Assembly (NCBI RefSeq): GCF_009914755.1
Contig: NC_060940.1
Length of the DNA: 64,000 nt
Origin: the human T2T-CHM13v2.0 reference genome, Homo sapiens
Strand: one strand, 5' to 3'
The translations under genes and the position numbers were made by a program. Under the pieces are notes generated by a model. It had not been told where the DNA came from and did not search any database. It saw nothing but the letters and a program-made list of their open reading frames with translations. Positions within the stretch are counted from its first letter, which is position 1. Each line of letters opens with the position of its first letter. This document shows, one piece after another, positions 15,020 to 29,327 of the stretch.

Positions 15020-15200
15020 CTGAAGACTCTCTATGAGCCAATTCCAGTGTGAGATGCTTTGCGTGAGCTATCTCATGCAATGTTCAAACCAACACTTCGA
15101 CATTTTCATGAGCTCCATCTCACAGATGAGGAAACTGGGTCTCTGGCCCAAGTAAGTGGGGTACAGCCAGATCCTGAGCTGGGTTCTGCTTCACTCACCC
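15020..15200 (-). mobile_element. MIR
   Basis: CCATCTCACAGATGAGGAAACTG is the antisense MIR core. Confidence 0.75.
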
Positions 15201-15500
15201 ATGCACCTAGACATCACGTAGCTTAGTAAGGTGGATTGCTCACCACTTGCAAAGCCGATGCTCCCCAGCATCACGGGAACCACAAAAGGACCACGGAGGT
15301 GACCTTCACTTGGAGTCAATCACAATCTCAGACAAAGCCAAGGTGGGGTTTCTCCCCGATATTTTAGGCTTAGTGCTTCTTAGTTTGACCACTGACAATA
15401 ACAGGCTTACAGACCAGTGTTCTTTTCTCGTTTATACTAATCCTCATGGTACTTAACACTTTACAGTTGTGATAGTTAATAAGTATGTTTAGTAAGAAGG

Positions 15501-16002
15501 TATAGTGGACACCTATCGTTTTTCTGGGCATCTGATGTACCCATTCCCCCTCCCAAATGCACTCTGATATCTGTAGATAATTGTATCCCCTCCATTAGGT
15601 TAGGCTTGCTGAGAAGGTGGGTTCAGGTGCCTCACTGTCATTTGAGAATTGGCAGCGTTCTGATACTTCCCAGAGGTGGGCCTGTGGCCTCAGCTTGACC
15701 AAGGTGATGTCCTCTCAAAGGACTTTGCATCTTGAACACAAGAACAGTGAGAACATGGTGAGTCTTTCATCAGAGCAGCAATGAGGGCCGGCCAACCAGG
15801 CCATTCTCCCTAGCGCTGGGTGCCAGGCTTCCTTCTTCATACCTCCAGCCCTCGGAGCTCCCTTCTCCTGCCCCTCCCTAAACCTGGTCTTCTTGTCTCT
15901 GGTTGATGCTTTTTGTTCTTCTTTTCCTCCCAATAAATCCCCGTTCGTTAAATAGCCCAGAGTTCATTTCGGCATGTGTAACAAAGAGCCATAACGAATA
16001 CA
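15501..16002 (+). mobile_element. Old ERVL-class LTR
   Basis: Ends CAATAAATCCCC...CCAGAGTTCATTTC...AACAAAGAGCC...AATACA; family uncertain. Confidence 0.5.
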
Positions 16003-16072
16003 GACAATAGAAAACCTGATGGTGAAATCTACAGTGTCCACATCACCCTCTGAAGTCAAGGTTCAACAATGC

Positions 16073-16553
<481 letters not shown>

Positions 16554-17729
16554 CTATCCCAGTGCAAAATTACTAAGTGTACACTGAAGGGTTTCTTTCT
16601 TTCTTTCTTTCTTTCTTTTTTTAATGAGCAGCTTTTCCTTCTTGTCCTGCCATATTGCCAAGCTCCATATTTTTATGTCAATACTCTGCATGATCAATTT
16701 ATAATCTAAAGGCTTTAAAGCAGCTATTGACCTGCTTTTAAAATAGCATTTTCATTCTTTCTCATGATTTCATAATCTTCTTTACACCATTTCCTTGCCT
16801 TGGAACTTGTCCCCTTCAAAAATGGTCAATGTTGTCCTGATCAATTTAAACTAGGAGGAAAGGTCCAGTGAGTGCTCTGGCGGGATTTGTCCAGGTCACT
16901 ATTCTTTAAGAATATGTCACATTAACCTCCCCAGTAGCTAGTCATGTTCACAACACTCTTTTAAAAACCTTATCCTGGTCAAGGCACACATAAATTGTAC
17001 AACTTTTGAAACACAGTTGGTCGCAGAGCTGCAAATTCATAGTAGAGCAACCTACAGGGTGTTTTAGAAAAGACAGCATTTTAAATATGACTCATGAATA
17101 AGCAAACAGCCCCGACCACCCAAATCAACTTGAAGAGTAAACACAGAGGGAATGTTTAGCTAAATTTTAGATGCCATTTGATGAAGGAAAAGGGCTAAAA
17201 CTTATCAGCTGAGAATGAATTATGTCAATACCACAAACGCTAAGCAACTGCAGAGAACTGTCTTCAAGCAAAAGTTACACAGGCAAAAGGCTAACTGTTT
17301 ATGCACCATAGATAAAATACACTCTACTACAAAGGGATTGCCCATGCAAAAGATAACTGGAGAAATGCTTTAGAAAACGCAGGATATACATACATAACTT
17401 ATTTGTGTATTTGCATGACTGTATTTAAGGATTATCATGGGAAAGAAATAGGCGCTTACATATATACTGGGACAGAAAATAAAAACTAGGCAGCTTTTAA
17501 CTTGTTTCTATCTATAAGTTCTGGTATGTGACCTACTGAAGCCAACTACCCCAATATAAAGCTGTGGAGGTAACAGTATTCATGATACATAAGACTTAGA
17601 GAGAAACCAAAAGGAACTTCATAATGTTTAACCGGGCTTCCTGTTTATTTAGAGGGAGGTAGCGGTCTCCTGCTTTAGCAAGTTTTTTACAGACAGAGAT
17701 TAAGTCTCTTATATGTGGAATCTTGGGGC

Positions 17730-17785
17730 CCCAGGACAGTGCCTGGAACAAAGCAGATGCTCAATAAACATTCATTTCATTCAGT
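17730..17785 (+). mobile_element. L2/MIR 3' tail fragment
   Basis: ACAGTGCCTGGAACAAAGCAGATGCTCAATAAACATT matches the shared L2/MIR 3' end. Confidence 0.65.
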
Positions 17786-20077
17786 CCAATTCTCGTGTAT
17801 CTTCTCTCAGTGTCAAGCTTCTAACTGGGAATAAAGTAGTTTAATAAAGCTTCTTGAATCTTTGGAAAAGAAAACCTTTGACTCTTTATTGAGCTATTTC
17901 TGAATACAGAGTATACGTAGGAAGGTCAAAATTTCATCTTTTCCATCTTCCTCACTAGAAACCTAGTTATATGTCATCTTTAGGGATAAAGAAAGATAGG
18001 TCCCTCTTAATCAATTTACATACAATCAAGGTTTGCTGTTTGCATTGTGTGCAATTCAGGGACCTCGAGAGAATCTCCCCCGTACCACTGGGCATTAGAC
18101 AAGCCATCCAAGTTACATATTCCATCTCAACTAGCAAGCCAAAGGCAATGGCAGTAACAAAGCATTGCCTGCAGCCAATCCTGGGAATCACGAAGCGTCC
18201 GCCCCACATGTGTGCCATGCATCTGTTCAGTCCTACGGAGGAGAGACAAGACTCAAGGAGAGAGAAACCAAAACGAGGGCGGAAGGAGGAAAAAGCCAAA
18301 GCGGCTTCACACTAGTCCACGTCAACGCTCAAAACAAATCCCCCTTTTTTTAAGGAACTGAGGAATAGCCAGACAAGTGCCCATTATTCTTTATTTCTTG
18401 GACAAGACTTGACTAGGAAAATGGCATTTGCAAAGCGTCTGAGAGCACACTCCTCTTCCTTCTCTGTGCTCAAAAAGTCACTCAGAGGAAAGTGCATTCT
18501 GAGTTCTATTCCCCAATTCAAATTAAGTTCAAAGTCAATTCAGGACTGTGGAAGTGTTGAAGTTTGTTGTGGGGCCCGGCGGGCAGCACCTGCTCTCCCT
18601 GTATTAGCTATATCTGAGCACGAACATCAGCAGGTATCAGGCAGCAACTCAGGCGTGGGTGGAGGAAAGACACATAAATACCTCCCCACTTTCTTCTTAA
18701 AACCTTTCCTTATATTTAGATCACCATAAAACCAACAATGACTCAATGGGCAATTTTTTTAATCTGAATCGTGTTTTGCATTGACTCAACAATTCACAAA
18801 CCAATACCCCTGCTAGACTCTCATGACCATATCGTATGTACCAGGGAGCTGTAGATTGCAAGGAAGCCATGCAAGAGACTTTCGTGGGTCAGACGGATGA
18901 GAATAGGTATCCCAAATCAATAGTGTTTACAAGTTGTAATTGTTTACTTATTGACACAAATTTACATAAAGCTACTTAGGGGGTCAAGGTTGGCACAGCA
19001 CATGGTGCTCAATTACACTGGATTTTAGCCCTCATGTCACACCCTGACTGGAAAGCAAGAAATGCTGGAAAGTTGTGCACCAGGAATGAGCAGGCTATTA
19101 AGATCTGAAAAGCTGTCATCCACACTGAAACGACTTGCGTCAGCCACTGAGGATATATTTTAAACCGCCTGTCCGCAAGAAAACTTTAATAACGCAGCCT
19201 TGCTCTAATGTCTTGTGAGAGGAGAGGCAATTTTACTTCTTCTATTAACCCAACGTGATTACAATGGCTTATTTCATGGAATATTAAGTTCAAATTTTGC
19301 TCCCTGGGAGGACAATAAAAAAAAAAAGAGAGAGAGAGAGAGAGAGTGTGTGTGCTTATGACTTTGCCTGAAATAGCCACAGGACCACAGCCCCTTGGTG
19401 CTTTGAATGCATCCAAGCAGTCATCTCCCATAATTTGCTAATGGTGAAATAAATTAGTGACCAAATAATAACCTGAAAAGATGACATCAAGATGGAAAGC
19501 AAATGTTTATCTTTTGCAAAGGCCAGCATAACAAAGCTTATGGCAGTCTCTCATCAATCCCTCTTTAAAAAAAAAATGAAGTTCCTATTAGATACCTCTG
19601 GTGGTAGTTGTTTCATAGTGAGACCATAGTTAGACTTGCTAACAAAATAAATAATCACCTTGAAAAGCAACAAGCAGACACAGAGCCACCTGAACTATAT
19701 AGATGCTTATGGAAATGAAACTGGGCTTCCTCTTAATAATTCCCAATGAGACATACTCCCTGAAAATTATTTTGAAGAGTAATTGTACTTATGAAAATTG
19801 GCAGGTTCACCATAATGAAGGTCACCGAGTATTTTTTATAGGTCTAACTGTAAGATTGTACACCCAGTTTTGCGATCAATATTCACATTTTGAATTGTAA
19901 GTGAATGATTGGATGGAATGTGAACCCTAATTAGTGACCCAATAATCTCGAAAGCCAATAGGCATTCCGCAATTGGTTCCCAAAAGCCATGACCAACACT
20001 TATTCTGAATGCTGCTTATTCTCCAATATGGCTGCTGTCCTCCAATCACTCCCCATATAAAAGAGAGGACATCCCTG

Positions 20078-20364
20078 TTTTTTTTTTTTCTTTGAGACAG
20101 TCTCATTTTGTTGCCCAGGCTGGAGCACAGTGGCGTGATCTTGGCTCACTGCAGCCTCCACCTCCCAGGCTCTTAGCCTCCCCAGTAGCTGGGATTACAG
20201 GTGCCTGCCACCATGCCCAGTTAACTTATTATTATTATTTATTTCTAGTAGACACGGGGTTTCACCATGTTGGCCAGGCTGGTCTTGAACTCCTGGCCTC
20301 AAGTGACCAGCCTGCCTCAGCCTCCCAAATTGCTGGGATTACAGGCATGAGCCACTGCCAGGCC
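20078..20364 (-). mobile_element. Alu (AluS)
   Basis: Poly-T followed by an antisense dimer with a small internal deletion. Confidence 0.94.
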
Positions 20365-20566
20365 AGGTGATCCTTTCTTAATATCAGGAAACAAAGCTCA
20401 TTTTCCTTGGCTCTGCATGCCCTCTGAATAGTACATGAATTGTCGGACAGTTATCTTTAAAAAACTTAATTCACACCTTTCATGGTATGAAACTCTCTCT
20501 CCATGTGGGGCTTCCATAAACAAGGTTAATTTCATGGAATGGAAACCATAACTTGGTTAGCTACTC

Positions 20567-21161
20567 TGGTGGTGGTGGCGGGGGTTGGTGGTGGTGGTAG
20601 CTGGTGGATGGCGGTGGGTGGCGGTGGATGGTGGTGGGTGGTGGGTGGTGGTGGGTGGTGGATGGTGGTGGGTGGTGGCGGGTGGCGGGTGGGTGGCAGG
20701 TGGTGGGTGGTGGTGGGTGGTGGGTGGTGGCAGTGGGTGGCAGTGGATGGTGGTGGGTGGTGGGTGGTGGCGGGTGGTGGATGGTGGTGGGTGGTGGTGG
20801 GTGGTGGATGGTGGCGGGTGGTGGCAGGTGGCGGGTGGGTGGTGGGTGGCGGGTGGTGAGTGGCGGTGGTGGTGGATGGTGGTGGCGGTGGGTGGTGGCG
20901 GATGGTGGTGGTGGTGGGTGGTGGGTGGTAGTGGGTGGTGGGTGGTAGTGGTGGCGGTGGATGGTGGTGGTGGTGGGTGGTGGTGGGTGGTGGGTGGTGG
21001 TGGGTGGTGGGTGGTGGTGGATGGTGGGTGGTGGTGGGTGGTAGTGGGTGGTGGGTGGTGGTGGGTGGTAGTGGGTGGTTGGGTGGCGGTGGATGGTGGT
21101 GGTGGTGGGTGGTGGGTGGTGGTGGGTGGTAGTGGGTGGTGGGTGGTAGTGGGTGGTGGTG
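20567..21161 (+). repeat. ~595-bp degenerate (TGG)n/(GGGTGGT)n G-rich array
   Basis: Almost entirely G/T with GGA, GGC and GTA variant units; produces the G/V/W and P/T/H low-complexity ORFs. Confidence 0.97.
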
Positions 21162-24100
21162 ACCAAATTAGCCAAGTGTGCAGCAGCAAATCTCATTTGA
21201 AAAGCAACAAGTTCATCAACTACAAAACAAGACTCTTAGATCCATGGAAAACACAAATAGAGAAAATCCTCCCACTCATTTTATGTGTTTCTTTATCCTA
21301 AGTGGCATATTAAGCTAAAACGAAGTATAGTGAGCTCACACCAATGGCTCAGAAATGACACATTCCCTTATGGATGTGATTTATCACTGTTTTTACTTTT
21401 TACAGAGAAAAAAAACATATTTACCTTTAACATTTTTATTTGAGAAATGCAAATGGTAGATGGCATCATAATCATAAGCCTACAAACCTAAGGAATGTTG
21501 AAAGTTAAATATACATGGAAATTGTGCTATGACTCTTTAGAAAGGAAAAAAATGCATATGAATCAAATAATGTTGATTTTTACTCTCTCTTTAGAGGAGT
21601 TCCCTGTTTGTGGCTCACGTGACTAAATAATCTGATAAGAGGAGGAAGGCTAAATGGCAAACGGCAAACATCCCCACCTGATGTATTTCCTCAGCCCTGA
21701 CCTTCAGATAAAAATCATACAGAAATCTGCAAAAGCTCCAAATTTGCAGCACCACATGCCTCCAACATTTTCAGACACAACAGTCAGGAGAGGAAAAAAA
21801 AGTAAGAAGAAAAAAAAAAGAAACAAAGGTATTGCTACTGAAAACAGTCAGCCTTTTCTCTTCAATATCTCAGGATTAGGGTCAGATGAATGCAATAGCT
21901 GCCTACGCCATTTCTTCCTCTGTCTGTGAACATTCATATTATAGGCACATATGTAATCTACATATGTGTGTGCCTATCATTTTTAAGTGTAGGTGTACCC
22001 AGTATCAAGTGTGTGGGGAGTTCACATAAGATATATTATATACATACTGTGTGCATATTTAGGAAGAAAAAAGACTTCAAACGGTAAAAATTTATTGCAC
22101 TGTGAAATTAGCTAAAATTATGACAACTGTAAGAAAAAAAATTATACGGGCAAAATTTGGGTCTGGTGGAAGAATTCTTTGATGTCTGGATTCCAATTTA
22201 ACCCCCGACTGAGTTCTAAGAATCAAATGAACAAAGTATATCATACACCCCAAGTCTGCCTGTCAGCACTAGTCATCATTTTTTATTTTATTCTTTCCAG
22301 CTGCATGTATTTACAAGACTCTGTTCTGACATTTCCTCCCCTCTAAATGTACACACTCACTGCTACGGGCAGTTGCCAAATACATTTGTAAAACAGTTCA
22401 ATCCTGTGTTTGTTTATTCATTATGCCTCTCTATCAGTCTCAATAAATATGTAACACCCTAATTTTTTACATTTGCTATTACATCAAACCTTTGTATATT
22501 TGACTTACCTGTTTGTGTTTGAATATACACCACCCACGTTTAAAAAATATCTCAAGTACACAGTGAAAAGAAAACTGAATATTCACATACAAAAATTCAC
22601 ATATTATCCTGCCTTTCTGTTTAGGGTAGATTAAAGAATTTTTATAAAGATGAGGATTACAATGATATAGATTTCAAAACATCCCTGGGCACACAAATAC
22701 TATGCTATTCCTATCTTGGTCTGCAATAGCAATGGCATATAACTCTGAACATATCCACAAATGGGTATTTTATATACATACAGTTGGCAACAGAGGCAGT
22801 TGTATATTCACTACATTGAAGAACGGTGAAGTCTCAACTGCTAGTACATGCTGCATACAGAAAGAACTTTTCCCGGGTATATAGCTGTTAAGTGAGCTAA
22901 GACTCTGAATACATTAAGGCAGTTATAAATGTTTAAAATGTTAATAATAAATCTAGGTTGTTTAAGGAGTATTTCCAAATAACATAAAATATTTAGTTTC
23001 CCTCACCCAACCCATAAAAAGATAAGATTTATCGCAAAATGTCTGAGGAATAATCAGCCATTTTTGGCTAATATATTTTAATATTTATACACATGACACA
23101 TGCTGAATATAAATGATACATCATGATTTCCCATAGTGTATGGAATTTATACAATTAACTGCAAGATCCAATGGCTTCAAGGCACGTAAGGTGCAAACAC
23201 AGTTACAAGGTTTTGCTGATTATTGTTATAAATCTTATCAAGCATAAAGGCATTAAAGTATATTCTGTTTACACCGTTCATTCTAAAATACAGCATATAA
23301 AAATATTATTATTTCTTATTAAAAGATTTATATTTTTCTGGCTTTTTTCTTTTATGAGGTAAATTTATTTACCAGTATTCAAAAAATACTTCCTATTTTT
23401 CCACTTCCAAATATGTGTTTGAAATATACCCTGAGATTCGATATCAATTTTCTAGTTATTTCTCAAGGGTTATATTTGTTCATAATAATAGCAGCAAACA
23501 TTCTGGCATTATTCATTTGGTTTCTCCAAAGTGCTTAAATTTAAAAAGAATCAAATAACAAAAGCATGATGAACCGGATTGCTTATTTTACACACATCTG
23601 ATAGCCAGATACATATGTATGCAGTTACGCATGTATATTTCTGGCACACCATTAATCATCAATGACAAAACCATGTTATCAATCCACCTACACCGAACAT
23701 TAAATATTTTAATATTCATATAAATGGCATCAAATATATACACATGATTTTGCTTTTTAAATTAAGAGACTTTGGTCCTTAATGGAGATATTTTTCACTG
23801 GGCCTTTCCATTCCTTCTTAGCCATAGTAATATTTAAATACACTGGTACATAAAAATCTGCAATAAATTCTACAACACGACCCCAAACCGTCCAGTGTCT
23901 GAATTTTTTAAAAGGAGCTAAAGCCACAGCGTATGAAACATGAAATGGAAACATCCCAATCCCTGCATGCGTGATCCTGGGGTTGTCCACCCGTTAGTAA
24001 AGAGGCACTGAATTCTGCAGCTGCTTATCAAATCAGGTTTATGTTTCTGGAATGAGTTCCTGCTGCTGAGTCTGAATTTGTAGACAGTCATGAAAAAAAT

Positions 24101-26771
24101 ATCCTCTAAGACTGATCTAGCTCAAAAACAAAACCTCTGGAAAAACACGTAAGTTTTACCACACCCATGTACACCTAGGCAGCTAAAGAGTATGTTAACA
24201 CGATGACCATCTGTATGCATGCAGACACAGGCTAATATATTTAATACATTTACTTGTATTCAGACCACATGCATATTAAATGTCATGCCTAAGTGTCAGT
24301 GATAAGATCCACATATGGGGTATATGTGTGTATCCTATCAGTAACATATATTCAATAATTTGTATGTTTACATTAGCTAAAGTACATTATCACTTTTCTT
24401 TTTTTGCTTTTTGCTAAAATAAGTCTGGAAACCAAAAGGGAGAAAATACTTGAGTATAGAAATAGTTCCTTTAATCAACTCCCCAGTTGGATATGTGGGG
24501 TAGGAATTCATTAGCATAGGCTTTTTTCCCTACTCATTTGTTAAACCAGAATGCTGGAAAGAACTAGAAAAGACTGCATTTCTCTTACTTTTCTTAACCA
24601 TGTAAAACAACCCCCTAGAAGAGGTCTAGAATGAGCTTTGTTTCTTTTTTCAAATGGGTCTAATGTCCTTTCTCCACCACCTTCACACACAGACACAAAA
24701 CCCACCGTGTGGGTTCACGGTCCACATCTGGCTCCCACGCAGAGTTGTACATTTGCAAGCACATCTTAAATATTGTGAAGCCAATTTGGACTTACTAAAA
24801 AATCTATGATACGAGTGAGAAATCATGCTAAATACGAGCCCTGGTAACTTTATTTTTAATGATGACTTTCAAAAAAAAAAAACAACAACAACAAGGTAAG
24901 GGAGAGAGATCAGCAGGGTGAATGTAAAAATTGTTAATCTTAAATTTCTACAAACCCAAGTGTCACAATAAGCATGTATGGTGCATCAAGCATAACAAAA
25001 AGAAACGAGATGGTTGGGTTCGGGGGGTTAGGTCGGGGGGGGGTCCCAGGCACTTGCTTCCTTGAACCCTCTGAATACATTTCACAATTCATCAGTTTTT
25101 GTCTTTCCTGCCACAAATGAGGACAATCAGACCAGACACCCATTAGATTCTTCATGCAATTTTTTTTTCTTGTTCATGACATGTTGGCAGGGAGGATGGC
25201 AATTCTGAAATCTTACCAAATGAGAAAAATGTCAGAAGCTGAACTGACAGCTAGTGGTTACTATGGTGATTGGTGATATTGAAAAAATATAATAAAATAA
25301 GACTCAGTTAATTCAAAAGGAATCAAGTTGGGTATTTTTAAGCCAGTTGATACAGATGAAAACTTAATCCTGATATTGGGACATTATCTTTTTGAGCTAA
25401 CAGCCAAAGACACCATTTAGCTTAAATAATAACTAAATACACAGCTCATAATCTTGTGATTAAAAATAATAGAAAGAAACAGTATTGATAAATGGAAGTC
25501 AAATATTATTACCAAATGACTATCAGGGAAATATAGATTATATTCAGTGGAAAGAGGATTTTGTTCGGAGGAAAAAAATTAAAGTTTTAGCAAAATATTT
25601 TTAAAAAGAGAACATGGAAGCCTCACAGATAAAAAGGATTCTTCAGGGACAACTCAGATTCTATTAAAACACACACAAAGACATACACAAACATGGTGAT
25701 TTCATCTTCAAAGTTCAACTCCCCCCAAAAAAGAAAATCCATTTTGATTCTAATGGTTAACATATCCAATCTCTTTATTTAAAAAAGATATTTAACAGAG
25801 AAAGCTTCATCATGAGATTTTTAGAAATATATATACATATATATATCTTCTCCATACCATCATTTCTCTTTTTGGTTGAAACCCAGTGTAATATTCTGAC
25901 TACTTAAAGTGAGGGACCCTCATTTAATACTAAGCAAAATAATAGTAATAATAATAAAATACATATTGGCACCTTTTTCTAACATCAAGCAATGACAACT
26001 CTTGCTGGTTCAATCGATTGGTGCTATTATTTTTAGGTTTAATGGTTTTAAATGAAGGAAACAGAATATCATGAAAATCATATTTATAATTCACCAAAAA
26101 TTATGCAATTGTTCATCCCACAGGTAATATACATGAAACCGAGAGGTGATTACTTTTTATAAAGAGAGTTTGAAAACAGTTAATAAAGAAGATGCAAAGT
26201 TTGTTAGGGGTTCAGCCAAGAAGAACCTATTGTATCTGAAAAATCTTTGACACAGAGTAAAACTTTTTTAAGCCTTCTCTTCACAACGACACTAAAATGG
26301 TATAAGCATAATGGATTAATAGGAAAAGTAGACTTAGGAAGACCAGAATCAGCTCTCATTTTGAAACAGTTGCATATTTTATCCATATGCCATACTCCCA
26401 GATCTAGTCTATATTTTTTTCATTTGATATAGGGATATTAAATTATCTACTGTTTCTTTTTTTTTCTTTTTCTTAAGTCAAATCTTTTGAGAGTTACAGG
26501 TAACTAGCGAAAACAAGATTGTTATTTATAACCTCAAGCTAGTATTTAATGCAAGAGGGAGGGGGGACATTATCAAGGAAGCTGCTCAGAAGAAAAAAAA
26601 ATTAAGTCTTATTGGTTCAAGGAAGCTCTTCTCCACTGGACAGACTACAATGCCATCTACTGGAAAAGTGAAGTTCAACGTCACTTGAAACAGCAGAGCT
26701 AGTTTAAAAGGCTGATAGATGTAACTGGAAAGACATCCAGTCCTACATCCTTCACTGTTCAAAAAAGATAA

Positions 26772-26797
26772 GATATATATATATATATATATATATA
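26772..26797. repeat. (AT)n microsatellite
   Basis: ATATAT run read directly. Confidence 0.9.
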
Positions 26798-27549
26798 GTT
26801 GTGGAAACATCAGTTCCTATTATAGATCATTATGTTCTTCCTCTGAGATCTCCTCCCAGCATTTTGCTTCTTAATTTCCAGCGAAAGCCTCTCTTTTTTA
26901 GCTTCTTCCAACTTCTCTTGAGGACCAAGTTAACAACACCCAGAAAAATAATCACCAGCAGCGAGCGACCTTGGGGTCCTTTTCTGCAATCTCTAGCTTG
27001 TGATTTTTCGCAAGCAGTTTGTGTTAGCATTTGCTCTGCAAAAGGTTTTTTTTTTCTTTTTTAATACCTAAAATCACAATAGGAAAGACTACCATCGTGG
27101 TCAGGAGCAGGTGGAGAAAAAAAAAAAAAAAAGCAGACACAGATCAAGCCCCCGGCTTCATAAGCACAAAGTCTCTTTTTATATGTTCTTATGCGGTATG
27201 GGATGGAGAATCTAAGGTCCCTTTTAAGAATAAGAATTCACCGAGGTTTTGTAAGCCATTCCCACATTTCCACCGGCATGTCCTTTGCTCATTTGCACGC
27301 TTCCCTTTCATTCTGGTTGGTTCGCCCTGTGATTTTTAAAATGAGAAATGGGAAGGAGGTAGGGTCACCATTTTCCACTCTCTAGATGAAGCAATTCCAG
27401 TTAAGGCAGGCAATAGTTAAGAAGCAAGAAGGGACTATCACTGTAATTAAATAAGAATTTGTTTTCACTAGTACTAGCAAAAAGAGAGTAAGTTCCTGCC
27501 TAAAAGCTGCTGCCAATATTTTCCATGTATAGGTATAAGTGTAAGTAAA

Positions 27550-27761
27550 CAGCGGGGATTCTCAGCCTCCACAGTGTTGACATTTGGGGCCAGATAATTA
27601 CTGTAGGATGGTGAGCAGTGTCCCTGGCTTCTACCCACTACTTGCCACTGGCGCACCCACACACACACACACAGTTAAAGCAATCAACAAGGTCTCCAGA
27701 CATTGTTAGATGTCCCCTGGGGAAGGAGGGGGGCAAAATTACACCCTACTGATAACAACTG
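27550..27761 (-). mobile_element. MER20 (hAT-Charlie DNA transposon fossil)
   Basis: TTGACATTTGGGGCCAGATAATT and GTCTCCAGACATTG...ATGTCCCCTGGGG...GGCAAAAT match antisense MER20. Confidence 0.85.
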
Positions 27762-29265
27762 TTATAGGATCCTAATTTCAATTTTATATACATTAGTTCT
27801 CACCAGTCTCTATCTGGCTTTGATTCATGGTGGTGTGTGAAACAACATTTTTAAAGGAACTAAGAACATGGTGGAATCGGCGTGAATGGGAGAGTAACAA
27901 TCTCCATTCTACACGTTCCATTACTTCAGGGCTGATGAGCATTCCTGACCTTTCCAAAGGCCTCCCTTGAAAGTTCTCCGGAGGAAACAAAAGGAAGAGG
28001 TTGGCTCATGGAAGGTCGCTGTCAGATTTGCCCCAAAAAGCAAGGGAAAAATTTTGCCATCAAAATGAAATCTTCCGGCAGGCAGAGAGGTTTAGATGGG
28101 GGATGGGAGAGAGGGCTGCGGAGCTATTTTATTCAAAGTGTTTAAATTAAGGGGCTTCACTATTCAAAGGCAAATAATAAACTGAAAAATAGGTCATCTT
28201 TAAATGAGAACTCTTTTTTTCCCTATAACAGGAAATCTGAACAGGAAAGTACAACATTTTAATTTCAGGATTTGACGTAATTTGCAACTTCAATGTGGAG
28301 CTTTTAAAAATTATCACTCTGTAAGAAAAGATGAGATTGGGATAAAAGTAAGAAAAGAAGTTAGAGTCTGGGGAGACACAGGCCTTATATTCAAGAGGGC
28401 TAGTGAAGTTAAAATTGTAGTGAAGTTCAGGCTTAGAGCAGTGTAGCTCTGTATTAACCTGAAATGCTTCTATCTAAGAGTAAAATCTCTCAAGTCTCAT
28501 CCCAGAAGGTGTGTGCAGTCTCCATTTAAATGTCTCCAACAGAACACAAAATAATTTTGCAGTAACTGATCTACTGTATTAGATGTGCCTGGTCTATTTA
28601 TTTCTGTTGCTTTTTAACATCTACCAAGAATATCAAAGTTTGCTTGGTGAAAAGTTTTCAGTCGGATAGTAATCTTTCCAAAATACCTTGAAAAATGTAA
28701 ACGACATGTCTCTGCACCCCTTATTTACCAACCCTTTGATGATATAGGCGAGAAGAGTATGAACACATTTTTAACACTTGACATTTTCTAATATTCTGAA
28801 ATCTTACTTTTCCATGTCACAGGCAAAGGGTATGTGGCATTGGGAAGGAACTGAATACAAAGTACTACATCCGCTCTTCAAATATGCAGTCCCTGGTAGC
28901 ACCTTCTATAAGACTGGTGGCTTTTGTGGAGTGTTTCTTTCTTTAAATGAGCTGGACCACACATACTCACTCATTCAGAATAAGTCTATAGATGAACTGT
29001 CTCTGTATTTTTAAAGAAACTCAGCTTGTGCGGTCCGCTGATATCTCAGAGAAACAAGGAACCATTTTCACATAATGGATGGGGCTGCAGTGCGGAGCAG
29101 ACAAGCCCCACTGGAAAGAATTCGGTCTGTCACGACATGCAGGAGAATTCTCTTATGTTTCTGCATCAGGTTTACCTAAACTAAGTTGATTTCCAGGGCA
29201 GAATTCATGGATTATGTCGTATTGGACCCAGGAAGGTTTGAAGGTTTGCTGGTAATGATCACACT

Positions 29266-29327
29266 CACACACACACACACACACACTCTCTCTCTCTCTC
29301 TCTCTCTCTGCCCCCCCCCCCCCCCCC
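29266..29327. repeat. Compound microsatellite (CA)n-(CT)n-C17
   Basis: Read directly. Confidence 0.95.

Noticed and set aside
20551-21177. Possible inverted termini (ACTTGGTTA / TAGCCAAGT) around the TGG array
   Set aside because: Only 8 of 9 bp match and there is no TSD; not evidence of a mobile element.
20539-21301. Longest ORFs (210-238 aa, G/V/W-rich or P/T/H-rich)
   Set aside because: They are translations of the TGG array, which lacks stop codons in most frames on both strands.
22503-22511. Perfect minus-strand donors CAG|GTAAGT here and CAG|GTGAGT at ~54975-54983
   Set aside because: I found no convincing acceptor at exon distance; isolated 9-mers occur by chance.
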